A stretch of 64,000 bases of DNA from a bacterium (GTDB lineage Bacteria; UBA8248). The notes under the pieces are model-generated. The model searched no databases and was not told where the DNA came from. It saw only the letters and a program-made list of their open reading frames with translations. Position numbers and translations under genes: made by a program. Below are positions 24,911 to 34,028 of this stretch, piece after piece; position 1 is the stretch's first letter; each line of letters opens with the position of its first letter. The DNA lies in contig CBDBBI010000010.1 in NCBI GenBank assembly GCA_965202625.1, forward strand, positions 2,176,001 through 2,240,000. The letters run 5' to 3'.

Positions 24911-25939
24911 ATGCCGATGGATTGGGATGAGTTCAAATCGAAAAGACAAGGCGGTGGCGGTGGCATGCCCCCACAAATCAAGCTGCCCCAGTTCCGTTTG
25001 CCCAGTTTCAAGCTGCCATCGGCGGCGATATTCGTGGTGGTCGTGCTGATTTGGCTGGCGTCTGGAATTTTCAGCGTTGGGCCGGACGAGCAAGGGATCG
25101 TTCTTCGATTCGGACAGATTGACCGAGTCGTGTCCTCGGGTTTGAACTATCATATCCCCTTCCCGATAGAGACTGCCTACACGCCGAAAGTAACAGAGGT
25201 AAAGCGCGTGGAAATTGGTTTCCGCACCATCGATCCGGGGCCTCCTGCGCGGTATTCGGACAAGCCCCATGAATCGAGAATGTTGACGGGTGATGAAAAC
25301 ATGGTGGACGTCGATATGATCGTTCAATACCGCATCGTAGAGGCGGACAAATACCTCTTCAAGGTTCGGAACCCGAAAGAGACTGTGATCCACGCTGCAG
25401 AGGCCGCCATCCGGCAAGTGGTAGGCAGCAAGCCCATTGATGAGGCGCTCACTACGGGAAAAGGCGCGATTCAACAAGAGACGTCGGTAGAGTTGCAAAA
25501 GATATTGGATCGCTATGAAACTGGTTTGCGCGTGGTGGCAGTACAGCTTCAAGACGTGACGCCGCCGCGAGAGGTTATCCATGCTTTTAAGGATGTGGCC
25601 AGTGCTCGTGAAGACAGGAACCGCCTCGTGAATGAGGCGCAGGGCTATCAAAACCAGGTGATACCGGAGACCCGGGGCAAGGTGGCCGCTGTTCTCAGAA
25701 AAGCGGAAGCCTACCGGGAGACAAAAATTCTTCATGCGCGCGGAGATGCGAATCGTTTCCTGGCGACGCTCAAAGAATACAGAAAGGCGCCAGCGATTAC
25801 GCGCGAACGTTTGTATCTCGAGATGATGGAGGAAGTGATGCCGACGGTGGACAAGGTGATCATGGATCAAGGCAAATCGGGTGTATTGCCGATCCTCCCG
25901 CTCCGGGGCAATGGAATCGAAGGGATAACGAAACGATGA
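24911..25939 (+). CDS. hflK: FtsH protease modulator HflK
   Basis: SPFH domain, MLTGDENMV, AFKDVASAREDR, TRERLYLE. Confidence 0.95.
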   Translation: MPMDWDEFKSKRQGGGGGMPPQIKLPQFRLPSFKLPSAAIFVVVVLIWLASGIFSVGPDEQGIVLRFGQIDRVVSSGLNYHIPFPIETAYTPKVTEVKRVEIGFRTIDPGPPARYSDKPHESRMLTGDENMVDVDMIVQYRIVEADKYLFKVRNPKETVIHAAEAAIRQVVGSKPIDEALTTGKGAIQQETSVELQKILDRYETGLRVVAVQLQDVTPPREVIHAFKDVASAREDRNRLVNEAQGYQNQVIPETRGKVAAVLRKAEAYRETKILHARGDANRFLATLKEYRKAPAITRERLYLEMMEEVMPTVDKVIMDQGKSGVLPILPLRGNGIEGITKR

Positions 25940-26841
25940 GCACCGAGGGAACCGTAAAATTGCCCAAAAAGACGATCGTTCTGTTTGTTGTCGTGGCGCT
26001 TCTTGTCGTTGCGTCCAATGCTCTTTTGTTTACGGTTCGCGAAGACAGGCAAGTGGTTGTCACTCGGTTTGGTAAGCCGGTGCGCGTTTTGCGTAATGCG
26101 GGTCTTCACTATCGGTTACCATTTGTGGAGCAACTATCGTTTTTTGATCGTCGCTTGCTTGAGTATGACTCCAACCCGACGGAGATCATCACGCAGGATA
26201 AAAAGTCCCTCGTTGTGGATAATTTTTCGCGTTGGCGTATCGTCGACCCGCTGCAATTTCTGCGCACGGTCCGAAGCGAAACGGGGGCGCAGGCGAGGCT
26301 TGATGACATCATCTACAGTGAATTGCGTCTGGAACTTGGCCGCAAGGATTTGATCGACATCGTGGCCAAAGACCGCGCGCAGTTGATGGCCAAAGTCACG
26401 AGAGAGAGCGATAAAAAGGCGCGTCAATATGGCATTCAGATAGTAGACGTTCGCTTGAAGCGCGCGGATTTGCCGGGGGAGAACTTAAAGGCGATTTATG
26501 GGCGCATGCAAGCTGAGCGTCAAAGGATTGCGCGCCAATATCGCTCAGAAGGAAAAGAGCAGGCCGAAAAGATACGGGCGGAAACGAATCGTGAACGTGA
26601 CGTGCTCTTGGCGGGAGCCTATGAGAAAGAACAAGTCATCAAAGGCGAGGGAGACGCCAAAAGCATTGACATTAACGCTAGGGCGTTTGGGCAGGATCAG
26701 GAATTTTATGCGTTCTTGAAGAGTTTGGAAGTTTATCATCGCTCTCTAAAAGATAAGACGACTATCGTGTTGCCCGCGAGCAGTGATTTCCTCAGATTTT
26801 TGCAGGGGTCAAAGAACGAAAATCTAAAAAAATCCGAATGA
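25936..26841 (+). CDS. hflC: FtsH protease modulator HflC
   Basis: VTRFGKP, TQDKKSLVVD, RMQAER, EFYAFLKSLE; overlaps the hflK stop. Confidence 0.95.
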   Translation: MSTEGTVKLPKKTIVLFVVVALLVVASNALLFTVREDRQVVVTRFGKPVRVLRNAGLHYRLPFVEQLSFFDRRLLEYDSNPTEIITQDKKSLVVDNFSRWRIVDPLQFLRTVRSETGAQARLDDIIYSELRLELGRKDLIDIVAKDRAQLMAKVTRESDKKARQYGIQIVDVRLKRADLPGENLKAIYGRMQAERQRIARQYRSEGKEQAEKIRAETNRERDVLLAGAYEKEQVIKGEGDAKSIDINARAFGQDQEFYAFLKSLEVYHRSLKDKTTIVLPASSDFLRFLQGSKNENLKKSE

Positions 26842-26854
26842 GGCTGATTCTGGT

Positions 26855-26891
26855 GAAAAAGAACCCCCTCTTTATGAGGGGGCTCTTTTTC
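26855..26891 (+). terminator. Intrinsic terminator after hflC
   Basis: GAAAAAGAACCCCCTC-ttat-GAGGGGGCTCTTTTTC hairpin with T-tail. Confidence 0.75.
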
Positions 26892-27091
26892 TGAATGGCG
26901 AAGGAAAGACGGAAAGCGGATTTTCCGGTTTTTCTGTATGAAGGGAAGGCATGGGCGATGCCCAAAAGAGTTGCCTGCTATCTTTCCTTTTATATATGAA
27001 GACGCGTCAATCAATCATCCGTGAGTGGGGAGCAAAAATGTGGAGGTGCACTTGCCTGAAATATTGCTTAATATGATTGCTAGATGACTTC

Positions 27092-27261
27092 ATACAAAAT
27101 GTAGTGTGTTTTTTCATGATTCCGCAATATGTAGCGATCTGGATAGAGTTTTACCCACAGTTTATCCAGAGGGGAATAGACCAATTAGATTATAAAAAGC
27201 AATGGGTTATAGGGAATCTATATGTAGTATAACTCTGAGCTGTGGATACAATATCTTGCAC
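27092..27261. promoter_or_regulatory. Two tandem pairs of NrdR-like boxes interleaved with DnaA-like boxes
   Basis: NrdR-like cores CAAAATGTAG 27095, CAATATGTAG 27125, CTATATGTAG 27218, CAATATCTTG 27249 (spacing 30 and 31 nt); DnaA-like TTACCCACA 27151, TTATCCAGA 27162, TGTGGATAC 27241, TCTGGATAG 27138. Confidence 0.6.
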
Positions 27262-27422
27262 GTAAGAGAAAACTCCGGCTTTCTAACCGCTCTCTCGGGA
27301 ACGAATCATTTTGTCGGTTTCACCGTCAAGCGCGTTGCGGCGAAGGCGCGACGCCCAAATATGGGCAAAAGAGCAAAGCAAGCGACGTTTTTTGCTGTCT
27401 TGACCACCCTGATGGAAATGTC

Positions 27423-27788
27423 TCATTGCTTGTCCCTTAAATAACCATCGCTTCCATCAAGCCAGTCTTTCCGAATGGGGCTGAATATATCGTAATCTAT
27501 CACCGTTTCATCACCCACGACTTCTGCGGAGTGTGGAACGTTTGGGGGGATCAAAAGCGTTTCTCCAGGCCCAATCTCCACAGGTTCGTCGTCAATGACG
27601 AATCTAAGTTTTCCCTTGATGACGTGAGATATCTGCTCGTTCTCGTGGCTGTGCGTAGGAACCCGGCATCCCGGTTTTAGCTTGATCCAACAGAGCATCT
27701 CTTTTTCACCCACCACCATTTTTCTCGAAAAAGAAGTGGTCACGGTTTCTTCTACTATCTCATTCCAATGATATTTTTTGGCGCGCAT
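27423..27788 (-). CDS. Cupin domain protein
   Basis: PTHSHENEQ...IPPNVPHS; AGGAGA RBS. Confidence 0.88.
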   Translation of the reverse strand: MRAKKYHWNEIVEETVTTSFSRKMVVGEKEMLCWIKLKPGCRVPTHSHENEQISHVIKGKLRFVIDDEPVEIGPGETLLIPPNVPHSAEVVGDETVIDYDIFSPIRKDWLDGSDGYLRDKQ

Positions 27789-27993
27789 GGCGTATCTCCT
27801 CAGATTCGGTCGCTTCAATTGCGAATGCAAGAAGCCCTTTTTTCACTTAAGCGCGGTCTTTGTGATGAGAACGTGCTCAGGAAATCTTGCTCTATGAACT
27901 TATGCAGTCCATATGACATTCATGCTTTTCACTGGAAAACGTCCCATTGTGCGTTGTTTCACTTTTGGGTGGCGGGGAAACGCGCCGACGTAG

Positions 27994-28272
27994 TTACTGC
28001 TTATACTCAGGAAGCGTTCTGTTGAATCCTTTCCGCATGACCCGACCCTTTTTGAGCACGTAATAATCCTGGCCATATCGGATGACGCTGGTGAGAGGCG
28101 GAATTTGACATTCTTTAGAGATGATCTGGTTTTTTTGGGATTCGTCGCGGGGAAGGTAGCGCTCCGCGTCTTGGTCGGATAAATAAACCTTCCGATTGCA
28201 GTTGCTAGACGCTTTTTTGTATTCACCTTCCAGTCTGATGTTCTTGCATTCGCAAGCAATCGCATCGCTCAT
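27994..28272 (-). CDS. Small hypothetical protein
   Basis: 92-aa ORF with AGGAGA RBS and an upstream TTGACA-N18-TAGCAT promoter-like site. Confidence 0.5.
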   Translation of the reverse strand: MSDAIACECKNIRLEGEYKKASSNCNRKVYLSDQDAERYLPRDESQKNQIISKECQIPPLTSVIRYGQDYYVLKKGRVMRKGFNRTLPEYKQ

Positions 28273-28386
28273 TGTCGATCTCCTGGAAAAGTAGGCCTAT
28301 GCTAAGAAAACGTACCTCTTGGTGTCAAGACCACTTCAGGTGAGAAACTTCAAAATTCTCAGAGAGGGGAGAGATTCCAAATTAGT

Positions 28387-28415
28387 TTGAAATATCTCCG
28401 TCCCCCAAGTATAAT
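28387..28415 (+). promoter_or_regulatory. Sigma70-type promoter of the peroxiredoxin-like selenoprotein gene
   Basis: TTGAAA (28387-28392), 17 nt, TATAAT (28410-28415). Confidence 0.7.
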
Positions 28416-28481
28416 TGATTGGGCTTTTTCCTCATTATTTTGGATTTGTTTGCACTTCACTCATTTTCGGAGGTTACACAG

Positions 28482-28982
28482 ATGCCACGCATGGCGGAAA
28501 AGATAATTGATTCGGGCAATCCCTTCCCCAGCATTGAAGTAGATCGAGTGGGGGGAGGTAAAATCTCTCTTCCCGGCGATCTGTCGGGTGCATGGGGAGT
28601 AGTTCTTTTATACCGGGGGCACTGGTGACCGTATTGCAAGCAGCAACTTACTGCCTTCGAACGAGCTGTGAAGCTCCAGGAAGAGGGCGTCAAGGTTGTT
28701 GCCGCCTCCGTGGACACGGAGGAGCAAGCCCAGGGGACGATAGATGAATGTGGACTCCACTTTCCCGTGGGCTATGGCCTCGACAACAAACAGGTATCCG
28801 AGCTCCTTGGTTGTTTTTATGAAGAGAAACGCCAGATTCTTCACAGCACGGGCTACGTTCTAAAGCCGGATGGAACGGTTGCTGTGGGTGTTTACAGTAC
28901 CGGGCCCATCGGCCGGCTCGTGTGGCAGGATGTTCTGAATATGGTTCAGTTTCATAAGAAAATGATGGCGGCGCAAAACTAG
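28482..28982 (+). CDS. Peroxiredoxin-like (AhpC/TSA, thioredoxin fold) selenoprotein, UxxC; TGA 28626-28628 read as Sec
   Basis: GGAGGT RBS; the two ORF halves share one frame; read-through VVLLYRGHW-U-PYCKQQL matches the FYRGxWCPxC motif of AhpC/TSA-like proteins. Confidence 0.85.
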
Positions 28983-28996
28983 GAGCGGATTTTTGA

Positions 28997-29035
28997 GAGC
29001 ACCCTCTCAGCCGTTGATGCTGAGGGGGTGTTTTT
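28997..29035 (+). terminator. Intrinsic terminator-like hairpin between the two Prx-like genes
   Basis: GAGCACCCTCTCAGC-loop-GCTGAGGGGGTGTTTTT. Confidence 0.7.
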
Positions 29036-29091
29036 CTCGTGCGCAAGCTCGGTTCGCCGGCTTTCATCTTTCAATAAAAGTGGAGTTGATT

Positions 29092-29619
29092 ATGCCGAAA
29101 GTGAACGATTTGTTTCTAGATACCGGGGATGATTTCCCGAGTATGTATATCTCGAAAGTGGGTGGTGGAAAAATTACTCTGCCTGATGATTTGAGGGGTG
29201 CGTGGGGTGTTGTGTTGTTCTACCGAAGTCATTGGTGACCTTATTGACTCGCACAGATGGCGGGGTTCTCCCGGGCGGGAGAAAAGCTTGAAGCGGAAGG
29301 CATCAAAGTCGTCGCGGCGTCTACTGACCCTGAAAATGAAGCCATGCAATCCATCGAAGCGAGCAAGGTGAACTTTCCAGTCGGTCACAGCCTGAATCCC
29401 GTGCGCATCTCTGAGGTGACAGGCGCTTATTACGCGCCCGAAGCGGGCGAGAAGCCAAGACCATACCTTCATTCTACGAATTTTTTGCTCTCGCCGGACG
29501 GGAAGGTGAACGTCGCGCTATACAGCTCAGGCCCTCTCGGGCGGCTCGTCTGGCAGGACGTGATCCAGGCTGTGCAGTTTCGAAAAAGACGGATGGCTCA
29601 GGCTCGGGATAGGGATTAG
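29092..29619 (+). CDS. Peroxiredoxin-like selenoprotein with UxxU motif (TGA 29236-29238 and 29245-29247)
   Basis: tgg TGA cct tat TGA ctc gca cag atg encodes W-U-P-Y-U-L-A-Q-M; colinear over its full length with the upstream UPYC paralog; no frameshifts. Confidence 0.82.
29266..29283 (+). promoter_or_regulatory. Putative SECIS hairpin for the UxxU gene
   Basis: TTCTCCC-gggc-GGGAGAA perfect 7-bp stem; G-rich loop begins 34 nt and 25 nt after the two UGAs. Confidence 0.55.
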
Positions 29620-29620
29620 A

Positions 29621-29652
29621 AAAAGCCGGCGAGGCTGCCCTCACCGGCTTTT
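29621..29652. terminator. Bidirectional intrinsic terminator
   Basis: AAAAGCCGG...CCGGCTTTT between convergent genes. Confidence 0.75.
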
Positions 29653-29662
29653 GGAGCTGTCT

Positions 29663-30052
29663 TTACGTGTTTTTGAGACGTTCTTTTATTTCATCCGCAT
29701 CGGACGCCTTGTTGTAGTCTTGGTCCAACGTGCCGTCGCCCGCAGGACTTTTGACCGCGAAGAATTTTGCTGGTCCTTCGGTGATGTGAATGCCATGTCG
29801 CGTGTTCCGGGGGATGTGCGCCAAGTCACCAGGCCCAATTTCTCGAATCTCCTCGCCACAGATCATGTTCATCTTTCCCTCGAGCATCAAAATGTATTGC
29901 TCTTCGTTGGGATGGAAGTGCGGCGGCGGGCCATCCCCTTGTGAATAGATGACCCACCCCACCTTCATCAACTCGCCAGTCGTTGCGTGATTGATGGCTG
30001 GACCTACTTTTGACCTGCCTTTGGGGAGTTCTTCCATTCTATAAAAAGGCAT
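29663..30052 (-). CDS. Cupin domain protein
   Basis: PPHFHPNEEQ...IPRNTRHG. Confidence 0.88.
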   Translation of the reverse strand: MPFYRMEELPKGRSKVGPAINHATTGELMKVGWVIYSQGDGPPPHFHPNEEQYILMLEGKMNMICGEEIREIGPGDLAHIPRNTRHGIHITEGPAKFFAVKSPAGDGTLDQDYNKASDADEIKERLKNT

Positions 30053-30075
30053 CCCAAATCTCCTTTTGAGATATA

Positions 30076-30465
30076 TCAGATTGATTTCAGTTTTTTTCGC
30101 GCCTCCTCGACGTCTTTGTCCATGTTGTAGTCTTGGTAGAGGTCGCCGTCCCCCGCGGGGCTTTTTACGGTAAAGAACGAGAAAGGTCCCTCCATGATGA
30201 AAAGGCCATGTCGCTCACCGCGGCGAATATGGACCAAATCTCCGGGACCGACAACGCGGGTTTCCTCGCCCAGGAGCATATTCGCCTTGCCCGCCATCAC
30301 TAAAAGGAACTGCTCCTCGTTCGGATGAAAATGAGGGGGCGGACCGCCGCCTTCAGGATAGGTTATCATTCCGGCCTTCATGAGCTCCCCGCCCACGCTT
30401 TGCATACGTGCGTTCCCCATATCAACGAATTGCGTTTCCATTTCAGATATCCTGTAAAATGGCAA
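30076..30465 (-). CDS. Cupin domain protein (tandem paralog; TTG start)
   Basis: MPFYR..., PPHFHPNEEQ, VKSPAGDG shared with the neighbouring cupin. Confidence 0.88.
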   Translation of the reverse strand: MPFYRISEMETQFVDMGNARMQSVGGELMKAGMITYPEGGGPPPHFHPNEEQFLLVMAGKANMLLGEETRVVGPGDLVHIRRGERHGLFIMEGPFSFFTVKSPAGDGDLYQDYNMDKDVEEARKKLKSI

Positions 30466-30483
30466 TTTTACGCCCCCTTGTTT

Positions 30484-31164
30484 TCAATTAAGCCGAGCGA
30501 CCACCCGAGTGGGCGCTCCCTCAATTTTATAGAGCTTCATGGGAAATGCGAACATTTCAAATTCGGTTTCATCAAACGTGTCCAAATTGACGATGTGTTC
30601 AATGAGTGGAATGCCTCGTCCCAATACCGCCCGGTGGCCGGGGGAATCTTCGTGGTGGACGATGGAGTCTGGTCGCAAGCCCGGGTCGATCGCATGGTCC
30701 ATGCACAGGGCCTTCATTCCGCAATCACATAAAAAATGACACGCTTCTGTGTCGAGATGAGGATTGGGGCCAAAGTAATCAGGGGTGAAGATTTTCTCTT
30801 TCGACCAACCAGTCCATGTAACGGCGATGGCGCCATCCAGTCGCTTGGGGTCGAACCCGGAGGAAGAGGCAATCATCTTTCGGTTGATGGGGCGCGCCTC
30901 TCGGGCGATTCCCCTCAAGTCGATTTTCACGGCGCGGCCACAAAATGTTTCAAGTGGCATTTCATCGATCGTTCTTCCATCTGTGTAGAAATGGTTGGGC
31001 GCATCGATATGTGTTCCTTGGTGTATCGCCATTTTTACCGCGCTGTTTTGACGGCCATGAGATGCATGTTCATGAAACTGCCAGTATTCCACCGGGGGAA
31101 ACGTCGGAACTTCACAAAGGTCCGGATGCCCCAGAGGCACAGTGAGATCAATGAGTCGGCTCAT
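30484..31164 (-). CDS. Cyclase family (kynurenine formamidase-like) metal-dependent hydrolase
   Basis: LIDLTVPL, HQGTHIDAPNHF, IEHIVNL, GAPTRVVA. Confidence 0.88.
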   Translation of the reverse strand: MSRLIDLTVPLGHPDLCEVPTFPPVEYWQFHEHASHGRQNSAVKMAIHQGTHIDAPNHFYTDGRTIDEMPLETFCGRAVKIDLRGIAREARPINRKMIASSSGFDPKRLDGAIAVTWTGWSKEKIFTPDYFGPNPHLDTEACHFLCDCGMKALCMDHAIDPGLRPDSIVHHEDSPGHRAVLGRGIPLIEHIVNLDTFDETEFEMFAFPMKLYKIEGAPTRVVARLN

Positions 31165-32035
31165 CGTCTTCCTCCGTTGAGTTGGCAACTACGAGATGAT
31201 GTTTTCTAAGGAAATCATGGATGAGGGCAAGCGTCGCCTCCGCCTTGTCCAGTTGAACGTAACGGCTCGTCCCTTCTATTAAAACAGATTCGCATCGGGA
31301 AATTTTTGTGGACAGCATTTGAATGTCCGGATGATATTCCCCATCGTGTTCACCTGTAAGCGCGAGAACCGGGCAGGAGACCTCGCCTAGGCGATCCAAT
31401 AAGTCGGGTGCCAGCAGTTCTGCGTATCCAGCCGAAGCATACCCGGACGGGTTATTTTGTAAGAAGAGGCGATGGTGCTGCGCGCGCTCTCGAGGGTTCA
31501 TGCCTCTGGGTTCTCTGTTCTCGTTTTTTCTGTTCTTGTAGGCTTCGCGCATTTCTCCTGCTTCGGCCAGATGGATTCGCTCGGCGATTCCCCTGCGCAC
31601 GCTCTTGCTGGCGGGCGCGGCGCCCGTCGCAATGAGAACGAGCGCGGCTGGGTGACGGGGCTGCTCGATCGCGAACAGGAGCGCCGCTCTTGCGCCTAAC
31701 CCGTGTCCGATGATGATGGGTTTCTCCAGGCTCAAAAGAGCGATGACATTCTGGATATCGCCCGCCATCTCATCCAGTGTATATTTTCCCCGAGGGCTTG
31801 AAGAGCGACCATGCCCTCTTGGCTCTAGGGCGATGACGCGGTGCAGGTGCATTAAAGTAGGGATGAGCTTGCGCCATACCCAGTTGGTGTCCCCAAGCCC
31901 TGGGACGCACAGAATCGGTGCGCCATCCCCAAAAGCCTCATAGCATAAAACGACAGGATCGTCTGTGCTGGAATGGCTGACGTTGACGTATTTGGCCGTT
32001 CGGGAGAATCGATTGAATTCGCGGCCCATGATCAT
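31148..32035 (-). CDS. Alpha/beta fold hydrolase-like protein (nucleophile motif GHGLG lacks Ser)
   Basis: EPRGHGRS, GHGLGA; no obvious catalytic His near the C-terminus. Confidence 0.75.
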   Translation of the reverse strand: MIMGREFNRFSRTAKYVNVSHSSTDDPVVLCYEAFGDGAPILCVPGLGDTNWVWRKLIPTLMHLHRVIALEPRGHGRSSSPRGKYTLDEMAGDIQNVIALLSLEKPIIIGHGLGARAALLFAIEQPRHPAALVLIATGAAPASKSVRRGIAERIHLAEAGEMREAYKNRKNENREPRGMNPRERAQHHRLFLQNNPSGYASAGYAELLAPDLLDRLGEVSCPVLALTGEHDGEYHPDIQMLSTKISRCESVLIEGTSRYVQLDKAEATLALIHDFLRKHHLVVANSTEEDDEPTH

Positions 32036-32331
32036 CCGAGGGCAGACGAGGGGAGATTATCTATCATCTTCATAGCGTAGCCCTTATCCTCCGAGATAGA
32101 GGATTTCACGATCTTCTCTGTTTTGGTCGTCCTTGGCCATCTATCTTTACCATACCCAACAAACGTAATCATTTCTCCGGGCGCGGAATGATACGGCTGC
32201 ATGTCGTATTCCCAATTTGAGTATTTTCCACAAGAAAGCACGGTCGCAGCTCTTCATACACGTTTTGGTGCTTGTTTTGTTCATTCGAACCCCATTCCTG
32301 GGATTGGAATTCGTTCTGGAGGCTGATTGTC

Positions 32332-33117
32332 CTAGGTCTTGAGGGCAGCCATATCTTCAATCAAACTATGCAGGCGGGCGGATACGGATTCAAAGTATTT
32401 CCCCCCATTTTCCGCCGTTGCCGCCGTTGGAGTGCCTGACACGCCCGAGGGTGCTCGGTTTCTGTTGAAGTCCACGGGGTGGAAAAGCATTCCACGACGG
32501 TGCATATCTTTTGTCATCAAAGGGTGCGTGTTTGCGTTGGGTTGATCCACGGCATCATCCATGTTCACTAGGTCAGGGCGAAGATGTAGCATCATAGCAG
32601 TTTCAAATTCGCCGCTGTGCCCCATGCCGCCAACCTCGCTTTTTCTGACCGTCTGCGCGATTTCGTTTCCAAGGTGAAAGTAGGTGACCATCCAGATGGT
32701 GATGTCGAGGTCATAGCCGATGTCGTTCAACGTCGCTTGAAGGGGTTGCGCGTTGCCGCCGTGGCCGTTCACGGTGAATATTTTTTTGTATCCATGGTGC
32801 GCGACGGAACGGATGATGTCCTTGATGAGCGCGACGTAGGTTTCAAGTCTGAGTGAGATGGTTCCCGGATATTCAATATGATGGCAAGACGCGCCTGCCC
32901 ACATGGTGGGGGTGAGGAGTACGTTCTCCAGGCCATCCACCGCCTTTTGGCAAACGCTCTCGCACAACAAGGTGTCCACCACGACGGGATTATGAGGCCC
33001 GTGTTGTTCCATTGAAGCGAAGGGGACGACGACCACGGCACCGGCTTGGACCATTTTCTTGTGTTCCGGCCAACTTAACTCTTCCCAAAGCATGGAGGTA
33101 TCCTTAAAATAAGGCAA
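32332..33117 (-). CDS. Creatininase-family amidohydrolase
   Basis: SMEQHGPH, HHIEYPGT, NGHGGN, HSGEFET. Confidence 0.9.
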   Translation of the reverse strand: MPYFKDTSMLWEELSWPEHKKMVQAGAVVVVPFASMEQHGPHNPVVVDTLLCESVCQKAVDGLENVLLTPTMWAGASCHHIEYPGTISLRLETYVALIKDIIRSVAHHGYKKIFTVNGHGGNAQPLQATLNDIGYDLDITIWMVTYFHLGNEIAQTVRKSEVGGMGHSGEFETAMMLHLRPDLVNMDDAVDQPNANTHPLMTKDMHRRGMLFHPVDFNRNRAPSGVSGTPTAATAENGGKYFESVSARLHSLIEDMAALKT

Positions 33118-33499
33118 GAAATATGGAAGGCGTTAAGACTCTCAGGTTTTTTCGTGCTCGGCAAGGACTCTCATATATCCAGGCTATGACGTGAAGGTTT
33201 TGGCGGGGTTTATCAGGGGGCCTCGGCGGATTTTGCTCTCCCCACTGATTGACAGGCGTGGAGTTGCGCGCGTCCCCTGTGGTATCCGTATCTTCGCTCA
33301 CGGTAGGGCGGGGCGTGGGCGTTCAAGGCGCGCATCCGGATCGGACGATGTGAGCCGGTGCGTTTCTCATTTTCGGGTGGCCCGAAAGCGAGAAAAAAGG
33401 CGCGGACGTTCACCTTGGCGAGCGCTTTAGGCGGGAGATGCTTTCTGGCTTGCCAGAGGTTTCGATTCATGGTCTTTTAAGGGGCGTGAAAGAGCACGA

Positions 33500-34015
33500 A
33501 TGGAGGAGAGGGAAGTGCATTCGGTGAAGCAGGAGGGGGAAGACCAGCGATGGATGGAAGAAGCGCTGGCATTGGCCAAAAGGGCTGAGAATGCGGGAGA
33601 TGTGCCCGTGGGTGCCCTTGTGGTTCGTGAAGGTCGAGTGCTGGGGCGCGGGTTCAATAGACGGGAGGCCGCTTGCGACCCCACGGCGCACGCCGAAGTC
33701 TTGGCGCTTAGAGAAGCGGCTGAGACCGACGGTATATGGCGCCTCGATGGCGCCACTTTGTATGTGACGCTTGAGCCGTGCCCCATGTGCGCGGGCGCCA
33801 TGATCAATTCGAGGATCGCCAGGCTCGTGTTTGGCGCCAAAGACCCCAAGGGCGGGGCCTGTGGCTCTTTGTTTGACATTCCCTCGGACCCGCGCGTGAA
33901 CCACCGCGTCCCCATAACCTCGGGGGTGATGGCTGAGGAGAGCGGCAAAATGCTGCGCGCTTTTTTTGAAGAGCGACGCCGCGTCGCTCGAGAGGCGAGG
34001 GGGGCCGTCCGCTGA
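33500..34015 (+). CDS. tadA: tRNA adenosine(34) deaminase
   Basis: DVPVGA, DPTAHAE, TLEPCPMCAGA, DPKGGA, NHR. Confidence 0.95.
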   Translation: MEEREVHSVKQEGEDQRWMEEALALAKRAENAGDVPVGALVVREGRVLGRGFNRREAACDPTAHAEVLALREAAETDGIWRLDGATLYVTLEPCPMCAGAMINSRIARLVFGAKDPKGGACGSLFDIPSDPRVNHRVPITSGVMAEESGKMLRAFFEERRRVAREARGAVR

Positions 34016-34028
34016 AGACGCCCGTCTG

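Noticed and set aside
32032-32331. Small ORFs between the creatininase and hydrolase genes
   Set aside because: Short, in conflicting frames and without recognisable motifs, so they cannot be supported
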